64,000 nucleotides of DNA from Phoronis australis (Eukaryota; Animalia; Phoronida), in NCBI GenBank assembly GCA_002633005.1, contig NMRA01000100.1, positions 765,822 through 829,821 on the forward strand, written 5' to 3'. Below the pieces are notes generated by a model. The model did no database searches, was not told the origin of the DNA, and saw only the letters and a list, made by a program, of their open reading frames with translations. The position numbers and the translations under genes were made by a program. Numbering within the stretch: position 1 is the first letter of the stretch; each line of letters starts with the position of its first letter. This document shows, piece after piece, positions 39,601 to 53,143 of this stretch.

Positions 39601-42277
39601 AAATAGAGAAGGTGCCAAGGAGAAACAACCATTGACGTGGTAAGAAAACAAATTGTTGCTTGTCCTCATCAAATGCTAACACAATGTTTTATGACGTCGC
39701 GATATTGGGCGTCAAATTTTAGCACACCGTTAGAACACTAAAGTTTACATATTATGATGCCTTTTGCTTAGCTTTGGTTGGCAAATCAACTGCGTAAGAA
39801 TAAGGCCAAAATATAGGATATTAATTCGGCAGGTAACCGCTTAACTGTGAGTGGTCAGCAGCTCAGTAGGTCTAGTGCTACTGTTACAAGATATTGTCAA
39901 AAATCATTTTTAAACAAGATAATTTTGCTTATCTATATTTAAAGCAAAACTAAACTCTGAGACCACCCAATACGAGTCGTCTTCCCCCGCATGACAATAA
40001 CCAGTTACATCCGATAATAACAAGGTTTTGCCTTTTAATCTCATGATTATCATCTCTTATCCATTCACTGTGTCAGTAACCGCGAGATCCCACAGCTCAA
40101 TCTGACAACAAGAAAATGCACAACGTAAAATACAAATCCCACAGGGCCACCTTCAGCTTAAAGTTGTGACATACGGTATTTGATGAGAGATATCAAAACA
40201 ACGGTGCCTTTCTCGCAGACCCACAAAATCAAAGATGGACAAAGCCAAACATGGATGGACGCAAACATCAAACATAATGACATTTTACTAGTGTTTTCGC
40301 TCCCATTCATGCCTAGGCTATAATAACAACTGTGACTGTATAATCAATGAGACTGGCAAAATTATGACATTTTTATTGACACAGGGGATGCTCAAGATAA
40401 AACAAGTGCTTTTAGATCCACAACAATAGCCATCAATGAATCCTGCACATACAGAGTACAATATTGCTGTTACTGTCTACCTTTTCAACTGAACACTGTA
40501 TCACCAGTAAAAGTTGCATGACAATACAGCAATTAGTAACAGCTCCATTCTTGCCATTTGTTATACTACACAATGACCGGACAGCAAGACAAAAGTGTTG
40601 GTAAATAATGCAAGTGTACAGAGGCAGCGGGCTGTATAATGACAAAGAAGAACAGTTCACACAAAAGCACTTGAGTTGGCTAAATTGACAGATACTAATT
40701 CACACTGAATGTTTTAAAGTGGTTCAATTGGTTGGCCAAGGTGAAACGTTTCCGTAGCGGAAAAGTGAATTTTTCAATCAACAATCAAAAATAATGGAAC
40801 ATATTGATTATATTACACCTGAGGAGGAGAAACATCATAACAAAAAGGAACATTGAGTAACTTGCTAAAGAAATGAGAACAAATTATGAAAGTGATTTTA
40901 GACTGAGTAAAGCAATGAGCAGATAATTACCATAAAAATTCTACAATTCGGAACAAAGTGACTGATAAATTGACACTTTCTTTTTTCAAAAAGCTTATTT
41001 CCGTGCTGCAAATGCAGGGAACTTTAACTAACTGGGAGTTGAATGACAGCTGCATCATACAAATCATGATAGAAACAAATAATTAAGAAATATTTCCCCA
41101 GTTATTTTGTTGAGAGAAATTTGACAGAATGACCATAGACCAAGTACACAGTATAATGGAGAGAAGAAATGCCTTCCCATAACTCAAGGTGTGCAAAAAT
41201 ATGGATTTGCAAGAAAAGCATGCAGAAAAACAAGCAGGTAACCATCAACAAGACTAAGCAGATGTTCATTTCTTAAGCTGATCATCCTTTAATCCCCTCA
41301 CTTGTAACACCTAATGAAACCCAAACACTTCTCCTCACTAAGCCCCCCCCCCCAGTTCAGGTGGCCCTGCCTAACCCAAACACATGAGAACCCAACAATG
41401 AGATTGAGTCACATTGCATAAGCCTCTTTCACCTGGTTTACTCTTGAAATGATAAAAGTACAGCAATTACAAGATTATCTCCCATGACTAATATCAGTTT
41501 CTTGTTCCCCCACATAATCTGGAGAAACAGGCAAGAGCTGATCCACAGGAGTACGTGATAGAAAAACAACGAATATGATGACTAATTTATCGTAATCCGA
41601 TCAGATCATTCATGTGCAAATTGTAAAGTGTGCGTTTGCAAACTGACAAATTTATTCAACAAAGCATACATCAATTGGTTTAGAATACCACAATGACTGA
41701 ACTTGTGAACATCACAAGAAAAAAAGTAATCTCCAAAAATAGAAAACAATAATTATTTTATCAGTACAGCTATCAGTCGTATAAATCTACCAATAATATG
41801 ACACCTAGACATAATGACATGGATGTAAACATGGGCCCAGATATTAGTTGCATTTTGAATGACACGATGACCACCATAATCCGTGTCAGGACATTGGGGC
41901 TAATAAAACAGTGTAAAGCATCTCATCTTGTCAGATTAATGATTCAAATACAAAGAACAAACATAATGCAAGCGTCCACAGGTGTCAAGAAAATATTCTA
42001 CAAATTTAATTAATTACGTAACAAGATTAAACTAACTGCAGAAAAACTGCACGACGGGTTCGGCAGACTAGCAACGTTGATACATCACTAGATTTTTGAT
42101 TTGTGCATCGCCTAGCAATGGATGAGAATTAATCTTGACTATTTGACCGCTATGTATGTTTAGGAGCCAACAGCGTGTATAGACACTTGTGAGGTGTTGA
42201 TAACGGTGTGGGCCAGTGAAGGTAGAGTGTTGTACCTGTCTGTCGACATGACTGTCATGTTGTGATTAGACACATAC

Positions 42278-42372
42278 CTGAGTAGCTGAGTTACTGAATG
42301 AAGCCCAGATGGACAGCCCTTGGACACACCAATACACAATGCAGCCAGCACTTTTGTTCTACAGTGTGACAT
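42278..42372 (-). CDS. Candidate alternative first coding exon (MSHCRTKVLAALCIGVSKGCPSGLHSVTQLLR, then AAQK)
   Basis: agtATG start, CAG|GTATGT donor, 95 nt phase 2. Confidence 0.3.
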
Positions 42373-43924
42373 ACTTAATTTCAATTTTAATGATGGTGAT
42401 TAATGTCGGTTGAATTTCTAGGATCTATTTATCCCACTTGAAGTGTGTTGAAAATTATGTTTTTATGGACAGTGTTCATTTAATGTATATATAATTATCT
42501 AATTGAAATAAATGGAACAGAACAGATTTATTAGCCCTGAAGTTGGGTATTAGTGATTTTTATGGTTGGAGACACAAACAGCATAATGGCAGATGCAACT
42601 GATTAGAATTTTTATTTCTGTTCAAAATAAAGAGATGTTAATATTGATGTGAGTAGATGTCGTTATGCATTTGCCATCAATTGTTAACGGCAACTAGGTT
42701 ATTAGAAATTCCAATACCTGAACTCTAGTTTAATTTCCAAATGCCGCTTTACGACCATATTTCAAACCATAAACCTTTAGTTATAATTTTCCATCAGTGT
42801 GATTTGACATTCAGGTAATCTGTGATTATACCCTTAATAACAAACAGGGCTTAACATGTCATGTTCCAGTTCCCTTCTGTGCATCAGGTAAACAGTCCAC
42901 CGCAATAGATCTACGAACATAAACACAGGTACAATCATCATCAAACACAAGGAGGCGACAACCCACAAAAGGTGCTATATTTGTGACGACAATGTCAGTG
43001 CATGGCCCACTGTAAACAGTTCATCCTCCCTTGATACAATGAGCTGCACAGGGACATGCCAAAACAAATGATACTGAATGACCAGGACACGACAGGACAT
43101 GACATTCAACCCAAAAATACTTGTTTGAATGTCTGGAGGTACAGAGAAGGTGAATGGCAATAGGTTCGGGGTTAAATCAGGTGTGAATCCGCGTTAATGC
43201 ACAAAGTGGGGAATGAATCGAGAGTTTATGAATGAACGAAACACTGCACTGGAAACATGGTGCTGTTCAGCTCAAGTACAGTAAATACACAGACGCGCAC
43301 ACATGATAATTGTTCACAACTTGTGTGTGTTGCTTAACAAGATCTACTCTGCATTGCTTAAAACTCTGGCCTATATCTAACCCGCATCCACTCAGATGTA
43401 TATTCCACCAGTGCTGAAATAATTCTCATTCTGTTAAGACAGCCCAATGAAAGCATCCCTTATGCATTCCTACTAAAATGACATTATACTTATTTTAAAT
43501 ATTTGTGAACTTTGCCTTCCTATATCTCAATTCCCAGCCTTCACAATATTGAAGATTAGTGCAACTAAGGTATCAAAAGGCCTTTTCATACCAAATTAAC
43601 TCTGCTGCACAGGAATGGTGAAAACTGGGAGTCAGTTGAACTTTTCAGACCACTAATAGTTAGCAGATCGCCTTCAGTAATCAGTAATGTAATCGCAATT
43701 TGATGTGAGGGTCATCAAAGTTATCACCAGATGATGCTCCGTCATACAGGTGTAATTTTTAACTTTCAAGTATCCTAAATACGGTCCGGTAATAAATTAA
43801 ATGGAGGACATATAGTAGTAGAATGGTGAATATTTGGAACAAAATAATATCAAATAATGCCGGTAACTGATGACATCAAATATAACTGTTCAATACCATA
43901 TCACAGTGTGATGCTCCACTGTTA

Positions 43925-44089
43925 CCGTATTGCCGAGCCATTAGGCCCATGAGCTTCTGTGTGAAACTGTGCTCATATGCAAAATTTAGGCACATGCGCC
44001 AATATATGAACCACTTGGGTAAAAAAGGAGTTGAGAAAAAGGCATTATTTCAGATATAGGACCATGTGCCAATAGGCATGGCAATATGG
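43925..44089. mobile_element. Tc1/mariner-type MITE with TA target-site duplication
   Basis: TA-ccgtattgccgagcc...ggcatggcaatatgg-TA imperfect TIRs. Confidence 0.6.
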
Positions 44090-44219
44090 TAATACAAAAC
44101 TATTAACTAAATTTCTTGAAAATATGGTAAGGAACTACTAAGATATTTAGGCAAATGTAAAAAACTCATTAGAAGGCACAGCGGTAGTCAAAACGGGTGC
44201 GCCTTTACATGAATTAATG

Positions 44220-44361
44220 TATGGGCCTATGCAGGGGACATCACCTGGACTTATACGCGATACTTAGGCACATGTGTCAATGTGTAAAACGGGTAAAAAA
44301 GGCCATGAAAGACATTATTTTGTATATAATCCCATGGGTCTAAAGGCACGGCAATACCATA
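44220..44361. mobile_element. Second, diverged copy of the 43925-44089 MITE (left boundary approximate)
   Basis: Shared blocks ttaggcacatg, gggtaaaaaagg, cattattt, ggca.ggcaata in the same order. Confidence 0.55.
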
Positions 44362-44447
44362 AATGTACCTGTTTACTATAAAATAAGCTTGTGCTACTAA
44401 CTTTGGTCCAAGACCGAAGTTAACTGCTCACACCATAATACACTTAC

Positions 44448-44455
44448 CAAAACAT
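44448..44455 (-). CDS. Candidate alternative first coding exon (MFW, then AAQK)
   Basis: gaaATG TTT TG|GTAAGT, 8 nt phase 2, upstream in-frame TAA. Confidence 0.4.
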
Positions 44456-44997
44456 TTCGGCTTTGTCCTTGGTATGAAAGTATCTTTAATCAGGTATTTT
44501 TTTTAAATGGCCATCATTAATCACCACTTAACCCCTATTCCTACTTTTGCACATAAACATAAGTATTCTTAAAACGCATAACTTCACTCAATAAAACTAG
44601 CAGAAATCGGACATGCATAAGACAGCCCACCAGATAATTTGGATTCCGCCTCACTCGAATAAAATCTCTGTCTGCTTGGATCTGACTTGCAAGAGTTTTA
44701 TGGTATTGTTTACAGTAAAAGGGCATACAAAAGAAAATAATCCCGACAACACCTTCTGTATAGAATACTTAATTCAGGGCATTCAATATTTCTGATGATA
44801 TAGGTAAACTAGAAACAAACAAAGATATTTGATCCTTAACAAATGCAAATTAATAATTACGTAATGTCAGAAAAATGCCTTTTATTTGCAAAAAAACTGC
44901 AAAGCCGTTGTCCCCATCTGAAAGTTGTAGTGTCTCTGACAAAAAATCACTGTACGTATATTAATTTCTACCATAGGTTCAAAGTCGAAAATCTTAC

Positions 44998-45035
44998 CTG
45001 GACTGTGCAAAAAAGGCCTCATATAATCTCTCCAT
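44998..45035 (-). CDS. Candidate alternative first coding exon of KIF26 (MERLYEAFFAQSR, then AAQK)
   Basis: gctATGG start, CAG|GTAAGA donor, 38 nt phase 2, upstream in-frame TGA; peptide end resembles SFFAR. Confidence 0.55.
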
Positions 45036-48000
45036 AGCGGATCAAAAATGAACCATTTCCAGATGTCACGTGGAATCTAGTGCTATACCACAACCGGCAC
45101 ACACAGGTAGACATGGACAGGTGTGCTCAGGCCAGCTACCTGTGTCCCACTGAGCCCTGTGTTACCTGGACTGCTTGGTTATGTACAGCAGGGCAGACAG
45201 ATTATGGCCACTGTGTCAACAGATTACAGCCACTTGTCAATGGACTCTGGGTAATAACAACAACTGGCAAATGTACCTAGTCACTGAAGTGAGTTAACAA
45301 TTGATCACTATGAAGCCAGTCAAAATGACAACAGTGGCCCAATAGAATGGACTGGTTAGTGTGTTTACAGGTTTTAATACCTTTATGTTGGTTTTATGAT
45401 TTGAGAGTTTCAAGTGTAAAGATGAATAATAGTATTGGCACCTACAGTAGCAGAACCATTAAAAAGGTCTGAAGGCTGGGGCCTAGGTGTGCAGTTATGT
45501 CACAATTTGAATTGGGAAATACCAATGTAGTTGTAATGGCATGACATTTATTCAAAAACATTTGGGTTAAATGTTCAAGCAGCACTCATCATAATGCACT
45601 AGCAGGTAGTCTTATTAATGTAGCTGTCCCAGCAGGCTTAGCAATAATGACACACCTGTCGACAATACAACACCTCAGTCCTCCTGCACCAGTTAAAAGC
45701 AGTAGAGGTAGCAGAACTAGATAGCCTGCAGGCTAATTTTAATTAACATAAAGACCAGTCATCACAGTGGTGGAAGGTGTCAACTTGGCTGGATTCACGT
45801 CTATCCCAGTCATTAAATACTAGTCACACGGGGATACAAATCCTTGAAAAGGTGTATGTAACTTGTCATCCTAAGCACAGTCTGAGTTAAGAGTGGAGCT
45901 GATGTTGATCCGTGTGACTATTCCCATCCATCTAGTTCTGTGTCCCTGACACTGTGGCAGCTTTGAGTTGATGCCACAGCTGTGCAGCACTGGTGTTACC
46001 TAGTTCTCATCTTAATTAATGGTTTGACCACAACATGAATTTAATGCTTATAATGAAAAAAGAGAACTGAAAACCATGAGCTGAAGTTTACCACAGATGA
46101 ACAAACAAAGAACAGGATGAATGCAACTAATATTAACTACCAATGATTATCAACTGATTTGATATTGAGAGCACTTAGTTTTTGTTTCTTCAACCAAAAT
46201 GTAAACAACGCCAAAATCTTCTGAAAGCCTTCACCTGTCCTTTTAGTTGCCCAGTGATGACTATGTGCCAAGAACTGACACAACCAATAAATGTGATGTA
46301 TGTGACCACACGCATGACAACCTTAAGTGTCATTGTACACACATGTGACAGGTGGCTATATCTCACCCAACTGTCTTGCTCATTAAATCTCGCCTCTTGA
46401 TGATAACCTTGATACTCTGTTACAGACAGCTTGGTAAGATGTCCTACGAACTTAGGTGGCTACTTTGCCCTCTCAGGCAGGTATTTTGCCCATTTTCCTC
46501 AGACTGCCCAGGTAAAACTGCATTAGTCTGACTTTTGAATGGGCTGTGGCACATCCCTAACACTCTAGTGGTGGAGAGCCACCCCCTCCCCCCACCCCCT
46601 CCCCCAGGCACAATACACATAAAACCTGTCCTTTATGTATGCCAGTGTAACACCACAGTTAACAAAAGGATTACAACATAATTAAATTGGAAACCTTAAT
46701 AAGTTTTCCAAAATTAAAAATGTTATGTGATGCTGTATTGCCTCTGCCAGTCCTTCACTTGGGGGGAAACACAAGCACCAAGTTTGTGCTAGTTGCTTTC
46801 TAGACTCCAGAAAATCTATACTAATTCACTGCTGAGGGGAAGGTATACATAAGATCATGTTTAAGTGACCACACAGGCGTCTTACAGAAACACAAAAACT
46901 AATCAAGAACAAAAACAAAACTCTCTAGCTAACCAAACACAAACACAAACATCAGGGCTCAAGTCTCCTCAAACACAATCCATCATTATTGTGACTAATG
47001 AAAGGGTAGCACAGCTTGGCAATATTTTGTGGCCAGAGACATGGAGTCTGTGAGTGTCCAGTGACACATGCTTGTCCATTATAATGGGGAGTTCTTGGAC
47101 ACTGTAGATGTGTTGTTAATAACTGTACATGGAGGTGTCAAACAGGCATCTAACTACCTAGACACTATTTATAGTATTGCATTGTGTCAGACTTGCTGTG
47201 GTCACACCAAAACAATAGTTATGGCTATTTAAAGCTTTCACTTGGTGTGAACATGGATTGAAAATTAACACCAGCACTGACAGTGATGCATGGAAAACGG
47301 ACAGATTTTATTCGTTTTTTATTTTGGCCTATGAAAAGGGAACTTTACCCAGACAAATGAACATATGAGATCACAATGTGAGCTGGCATTTCAAACCCAA
47401 CAACCCGTTTAGCAATTTGAGTACATTGTGTAAAACACAAAAACTTATAAAAATGAATGTCACTGAGTAAAACACTACGTGTTTCATTTTCATTAAAGAC
47501 CATCCACGTAAAAGAATTTCTGTAAGGAGCCTACTCTGTGCAACATCTCACCTTACTTTCAAAGTGTGATTTATTACCTGCTACCAAACAAAATTATTAT
47601 CATTATTAGCTATTTAGGAAATTACTGTCTATACATTTCAGACAGGTAAGGAGATAATTATGATAACATATACAGGCTGTGTGTCAAAAATCTCTTCAAA
47701 GGTAATTCAAACATGGATTAATATGAAGACCACCTGACCTGCACAACTACTTGAAGAAAAACCATGAATCCAGCCATCTCACAAACCAACATCTCATTGG
47801 TCGTTTTTACACCAGGAACAATTGCATGTTGTCACGGGGCGAGTTGCTCCACTTAAGTCGCATTTACACAACATTAGATCCCAAACTGGATCAGAAAGAG
47901 TCGTTTACAAAACTGTCTGCACAGGCTTGCATAAACAATATCAAATGTCCAAACCAGGTGAAATGCAAGCAGATCACTGGATGACCTGTACATACAATAC

Positions 48001-49623
48001 TGTCCATTCCACCATGATGCAGTAAGTTTAGACATGTAGTTGACATTGGAGCAACTGACCAAGTGCAACTTGCTCTACCAATCAAAGCAGTATCAAAAAT
48101 GGCCGCCGCAGTGTCAAACTTCCTCCATTTCAGTCGTGTTTACACACAGTTGCACCTGATCAGCTGTTCTGTGTCAACTCCTCCGTGTCAACTTGTAAAT
48201 GCGGGTATTTTGTTTTGTGTTCATGTCAAGTCACAGTACACAACACATGAATTAATGAAAAAACATGTTGGACAAAATAAATTGAAAAAAAAACAGGAGA
48301 CCAGTTCATGGAAGTAGAACAAGCAACTAGCGACCAATGATAATTTCACCATTCCAAAACTGATTTTTTCTTACAAGAACTCAACTGATAAGATTGCATG
48401 ATTACATAATATGAAGCCTTTAAATAGTCACGTGGACAACTCACAACTCAATATTGTAATTAATTTTACGTTTAACATCACCTTAATCCAAGCTCATGTA
48501 ACATACTTGACAGGTGTAACATAATGGACAGGAAGCCTAACACAATCTTGGGAAGACCTTCTGAGAAACCCATCTAACCAAAGTTGCAACTAGGCAGAAA
48601 GGAAGTGACAGATTCCCTAAGCAGGCACTGTATACAAATACGAGCAAAAGTATGAACAGGAAACCCTTTAAGTAACCCCAGAAACCCCCCAACAACACAA
48701 TTACCAACAATAAAACTGAAACTTTTCATACATGTTACATATTACAAGGACCTTCATGCCAACGTCGAAGCGTTGATGCTTTGGGGAACGTCGGTCGGTA
48801 TGAATGATTACGACCCATTGGTCTTTGAGCGAAGTTAAGAGTGCAAGTTACAGTTATGTAGGACTCTATAGAAAAATGCTCAAATTTGGTACTATGAATC
48901 ATACACTGTTTCCAAAACGCAATTGGGACTTTTTTAAAATGTCCCAATTCAACAGGAGGGTAATAAAAAGTAGCCGGACTCGTGTGAACAAATTTAATAG
49001 TTGCTTAAAACGAGAATGAAATAATTTAGAAAACTGGTTTTGGGATTTCATCTCGAACATTTATATCAAATGAAATATTTGGTCATCTGCGGTTTTGCTA
49101 AATCTCACTAAAAATATATGGTCATGTGACTTGGTTCGTGGCAGATTGATATAAAGTAAAAAATTCTACAGTTACTGTAGTTTCAAAAATATAGCTTTCA
49201 CATAGTTAAGATGTTTTATAGCTATTTGACTAAATACACATACATGTGGATGTGGTCTTATATAACTTTAATTTGTCTGTTAACAGGTGGATTGAACAGC
49301 AACACTTCCAAGAAAGATTAACCTCACAGTCATCAGAGTAATCCACAGATGTCACTGTCAATGTGGTATTATTTAATATTATATAACAAAAAATATTGAC
49401 ATATTGACTATGCTGCGACAATAAGCATTCATTTCGTTCATTTTCAAGCAAATAGACCATACTTCACATTTAAAAAAACATGCCGCATTGCAAAAACCTA
49501 ACTCTAGTCAAGCGTTAAAGGATCCTAAAATAACTTAAGTGTCCATTAACTACAGCCAAAAGGTTGAAATAGCATCACAGTTTACATGGACAGTGCTCTA
49601 GTGGCAGTATTAAAGTTAGTATG

Positions 49624-49776
49624 AGAATGTCTATGGACACAGGAGTCTTCATAGGAAGATTGTGGATCACACATAGAATGTCTATGGACAGACGAGTCTT
49701 CATAGGAAGATTGTGGATCATACACAGAATGTCTATGGACAGAGGAGTCTTCATAGGAAGACTGTGGATCATACAC
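49624..49776. repeat. Minisatellite, 3 x 51 bp
   Basis: Unit agaatgtctatggac..a.gagtcttcataggaaga.tgtggatca.aca. starting at 49624, 49675, 49726. Confidence 0.95.
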
Positions 49777-49809
49777 GGAAGTCCTATTTTTAATAAACAT
49801 TGAACTTAC

Positions 49810-49829
49810 CCAGAAAATAATTTACTCAT
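49810..49829 (-). CDS. Candidate alternative first coding exon (MSKLFSG, then AAQK)
   Basis: accATG start, GG|GTAAGT donor, 20 nt phase 2, upstream in-frame TAA, CpG-richer upstream region. Confidence 0.5.
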
Positions 49830-52277
49830 GGTCTCTTAGATCAGATTGATAAGCCTTTGCTGGACCGCAATTGCACTGCCAACTGCGTTACCCTGAATAC
49901 GGAAACTGGTTGCCACTACTCCACTGTCCAGCAGTCTGATGTTAGAGGAAAAACCCCAATGAAAAAAAACATACCAAGTGCAGTTTAGTCAATGACGGCG
50001 GCGTTCAATAGATGGAAACAATGCTTTTGTTCACTAAGAATGTCATGGTACAATTAATAAATTGATCATAATGTGAAACTGCACTACGCAACAGTCACTG
50101 GATCTGACTAATACACAAACAAACCAGTAAGGAGAATAAATATTTATTAACTAAACAGAAGCAAGTTTATACAGCTAGAAGGGAAAATTGAAAAACATAG
50201 ATGTTGAAAAAACGTGATCGACTCAAACAGCCACTACTCTACGTTATGTCTTTAAGAGAGATCATCAATATCCCCTTTTAGAGCGATACGCCTTTTACGA
50301 CGAGAAGCGTACTAATAACCTAGACTTCAAACAAAGCCGGTGTAGAAAATATCAGTATTGTGCTCGGTTTAATTTAATTGCATACATACCAACAATAAAC
50401 ACATCAGGTGAACGTAATTTTAATGCTCAATTTTATATTCCTATTTCCACAGGAAATGAGTTTACACGCCTTGATAATGGTATACTTATTTGTCGGGAGC
50501 TTGCTAAAAATATGCGCAATGGAATCAATAAATCTTTAATCATGTGAAAAATGTTAAGTACATAATAAAGTTCGACTCAGAGTGATGTTAAACAAAAATA
50601 GAGCTTCTTTGCTTCTGCGTTTTACTTCCAGTCTATACCTGTACAAGAATTACAGGTTTGGGCTTATCCAATTTTTCATTTTACTCACATTGTAGAGCAA
50701 AAGGTTGACATAACATCAACGATATTCATTATCAAAGAGAAGACAAAATTTTACGACTATAATTGACTACCACAGCTGTCTAACAAAAAGGCAGGTCTCA
50801 ACAGATATGAGGTGTTTCATTTCCACTGTAATGATCTTACCATACAGGTAGTTACACAATATTGTGGTTAGACAACAATCTAATGTTATTAACAAGATGA
50901 CTTCAACAGTAGTCGTTTTACAATATAGAGACCACATGATGAAATGTGCCTTGTCACTAGATGGTGATGGGGTATTTGGTGCACAACCCTCCTGCATTTT
51001 TACACGGATTATTATAATGTTGTTTACAAATACTCTGCCACCTTCATGATGGGTGATCGCCTAGTTACAAAATATGTGGAGTGATTTTTACTTGTTTTTA
51101 TTTTTATTCTCTAAACAATCAATAACAAGAATTATTATCAATTTTTACAATTATCGCAAAACAGTATACATGTCATAAGAAGAAGAACATAAGATTGCTT
51201 TTATAAATCAATACAACTAAAGGCAGCCACTATTACGTAAACACTTCATCCAATCAATGCTGTGAAACAGTGAAGATGTTGGCCAACAATCAGAGGACAA
51301 ATCTGCCAATAAATCCTTGTTTAGATAAAAGCTTTAAGTATTTTTACACGACTACATCCTGAATATAAATGATATATGAGTAGTAGTAGTACTGCCTTCA
51401 CGGCTCAAATCCAGTTCAGTATTTCATTTAATGCATCTAATAAAAACCATAGATAGAATTCTAGAATTTACATTGCCTGCAGCGTGTTTGGCAAAATCAT
51501 CAAAATATTGTGTTGCAATTATTTTAAACCATTTTTCTTTGTCTCTCAAGTTAAGTAATCCGAACTGCCAACGTGAACAAAAGCAGAATCTTCTTTGCTA
51601 ACAAATCTGCATCTATGATTGGAAAGCAAATCAAAGTTCTGTTTAATTAACATTTTGACAAGGCCCTGACTGATGAACTTGCGACTTTACGCATTCAGTT
51701 GTCAGTAATACTGCATAACACCGCGTCCAAATACCATGTGCGGAACAACAGGGCATATGAAACGCCAACCTGGTCCACCTCCAGCACGGCAACAATGGTA
51801 TGCAATCACAGGCACTGACCCCCTGCCAACACTGTACTCTGGGCTTATACACAGGCACTGAACCGGTGGTGACACAGGTTTAGCAAGGCAGTGGACAATG
51901 ACCACTGGTGCAATACCTGTATGAAGCATGCAAGGTCATGCTTTGAGATGGTGTGAAAACTTTCCAAGTATGTCTCTGATGAAATTCCAAGCAGTTGGCA
52001 ATTAACTTATGTATTTACATCATCCTGCATATTGTTAGTAAGGAAAAAGAAAGAGGAAATTCATGCAATGCCAGAAAAATATTACACATTTTAGCACTTG
52101 TGGAAAATCTGAATGCCTTGTTGCTATTGCAAAAACACGTAAGACACACAGCGCCACCTAATGACAAAAAGTTGTACTTTCCCAGTGACTGAACACAATA
52201 GTTGTTGAACAATGGCATGTTTAAGCACTTTTCTGAACTTGTTGTAATACCAAAAACAATAAGAAATACAACAGGTT

Positions 52278-52330
52278 CACACACACGCATGTGCACGCGT
52301 GCGCACCTGCACGCGCATGCGCACACTCAC
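52278..52330. repeat. Mixed (CA)/(CG) alternating purine-pyrimidine tract
   Basis: cacacacacgcatgtgcacgcgtgcgcacctgcacgcgcatgcgcacac. Confidence 0.85.
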
Positions 52331-53082
52331 AAACAGTATAGTCTAGTCATTTGAATGGCATCCCTGAGTCATAGTTGAGGGTGCAAGGAGAAAACTAGGG
52401 AAATGAAGCTAATTCTCACAGCAAATCCAGACAAAGATAAGCACCACGTGCAATAACAGGGGAAAGTTTAAAAGGTTTAACTTGCTAACTTAGTACAATA
52501 AATAGCGAGTTACTTTTCAGTAAACTCACAAAACAAGCTGAATATGCCAGTGACACGCTGCCATCTAAATAGCCACAGTTAAATCAACAAAAGTACAAGT
52601 GCAATGGAGTCTAGACAAAACAAATGAATTGGTATCTATGTTTTTCCCTGCTGATTTAGAAATATTATATTGTCCCATAAATTCATAACACAAAAAGTGG
52701 AGTCTCTAGTTTCATTATAATAACTCTTAATATGTTTAGCTAAGCAAATAAAAGTCTATTCCCATTTTCTTAATTTGTTACAATACTCCTAGTTGTCAGG
52801 ACTGGTTTGAGAAAAATAAGCAAAAACACAGACACCCCTGCCTTAGGACACTGCCCAATGCTAACAGGTCCTACTTAGTCTATACCCCAACTATAACTTT
52901 TAACCCATAATTACTAGATATGTGTTTAATTGGCTACAACTAATTACCAACTAGATCGGTCGAAATATCTGGCTGGTTCTCCGAACACGATGTTAGAAAA
53001 ATGTCAGGATTAATCCACATGACTTTGCAGAAGCAAAAAAACATAGTGAATCAATCAACTGACAACATTGATTTTAGAGCAC

Positions 53083-53143
53083 GACTTTTAATTGAAGGTT
53101 TTAGTTTCAAATTGATTTTTAATTGAAGGTTCTAGTTTCAAAA
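53083..53143. repeat. Tandem duplication, 2 x 31 bp
   Basis: ga(c/t)ttttaattgaaggtt(t/c)tagtttcaaa twice. Confidence 0.85.

Noticed and set aside
49624-49776. CRISPR-like repeats with palindrome / 17-aa repeat ORFs
   Set aside because: Contiguous tandem units with no unique spacers, eukaryotic context, no cas genes
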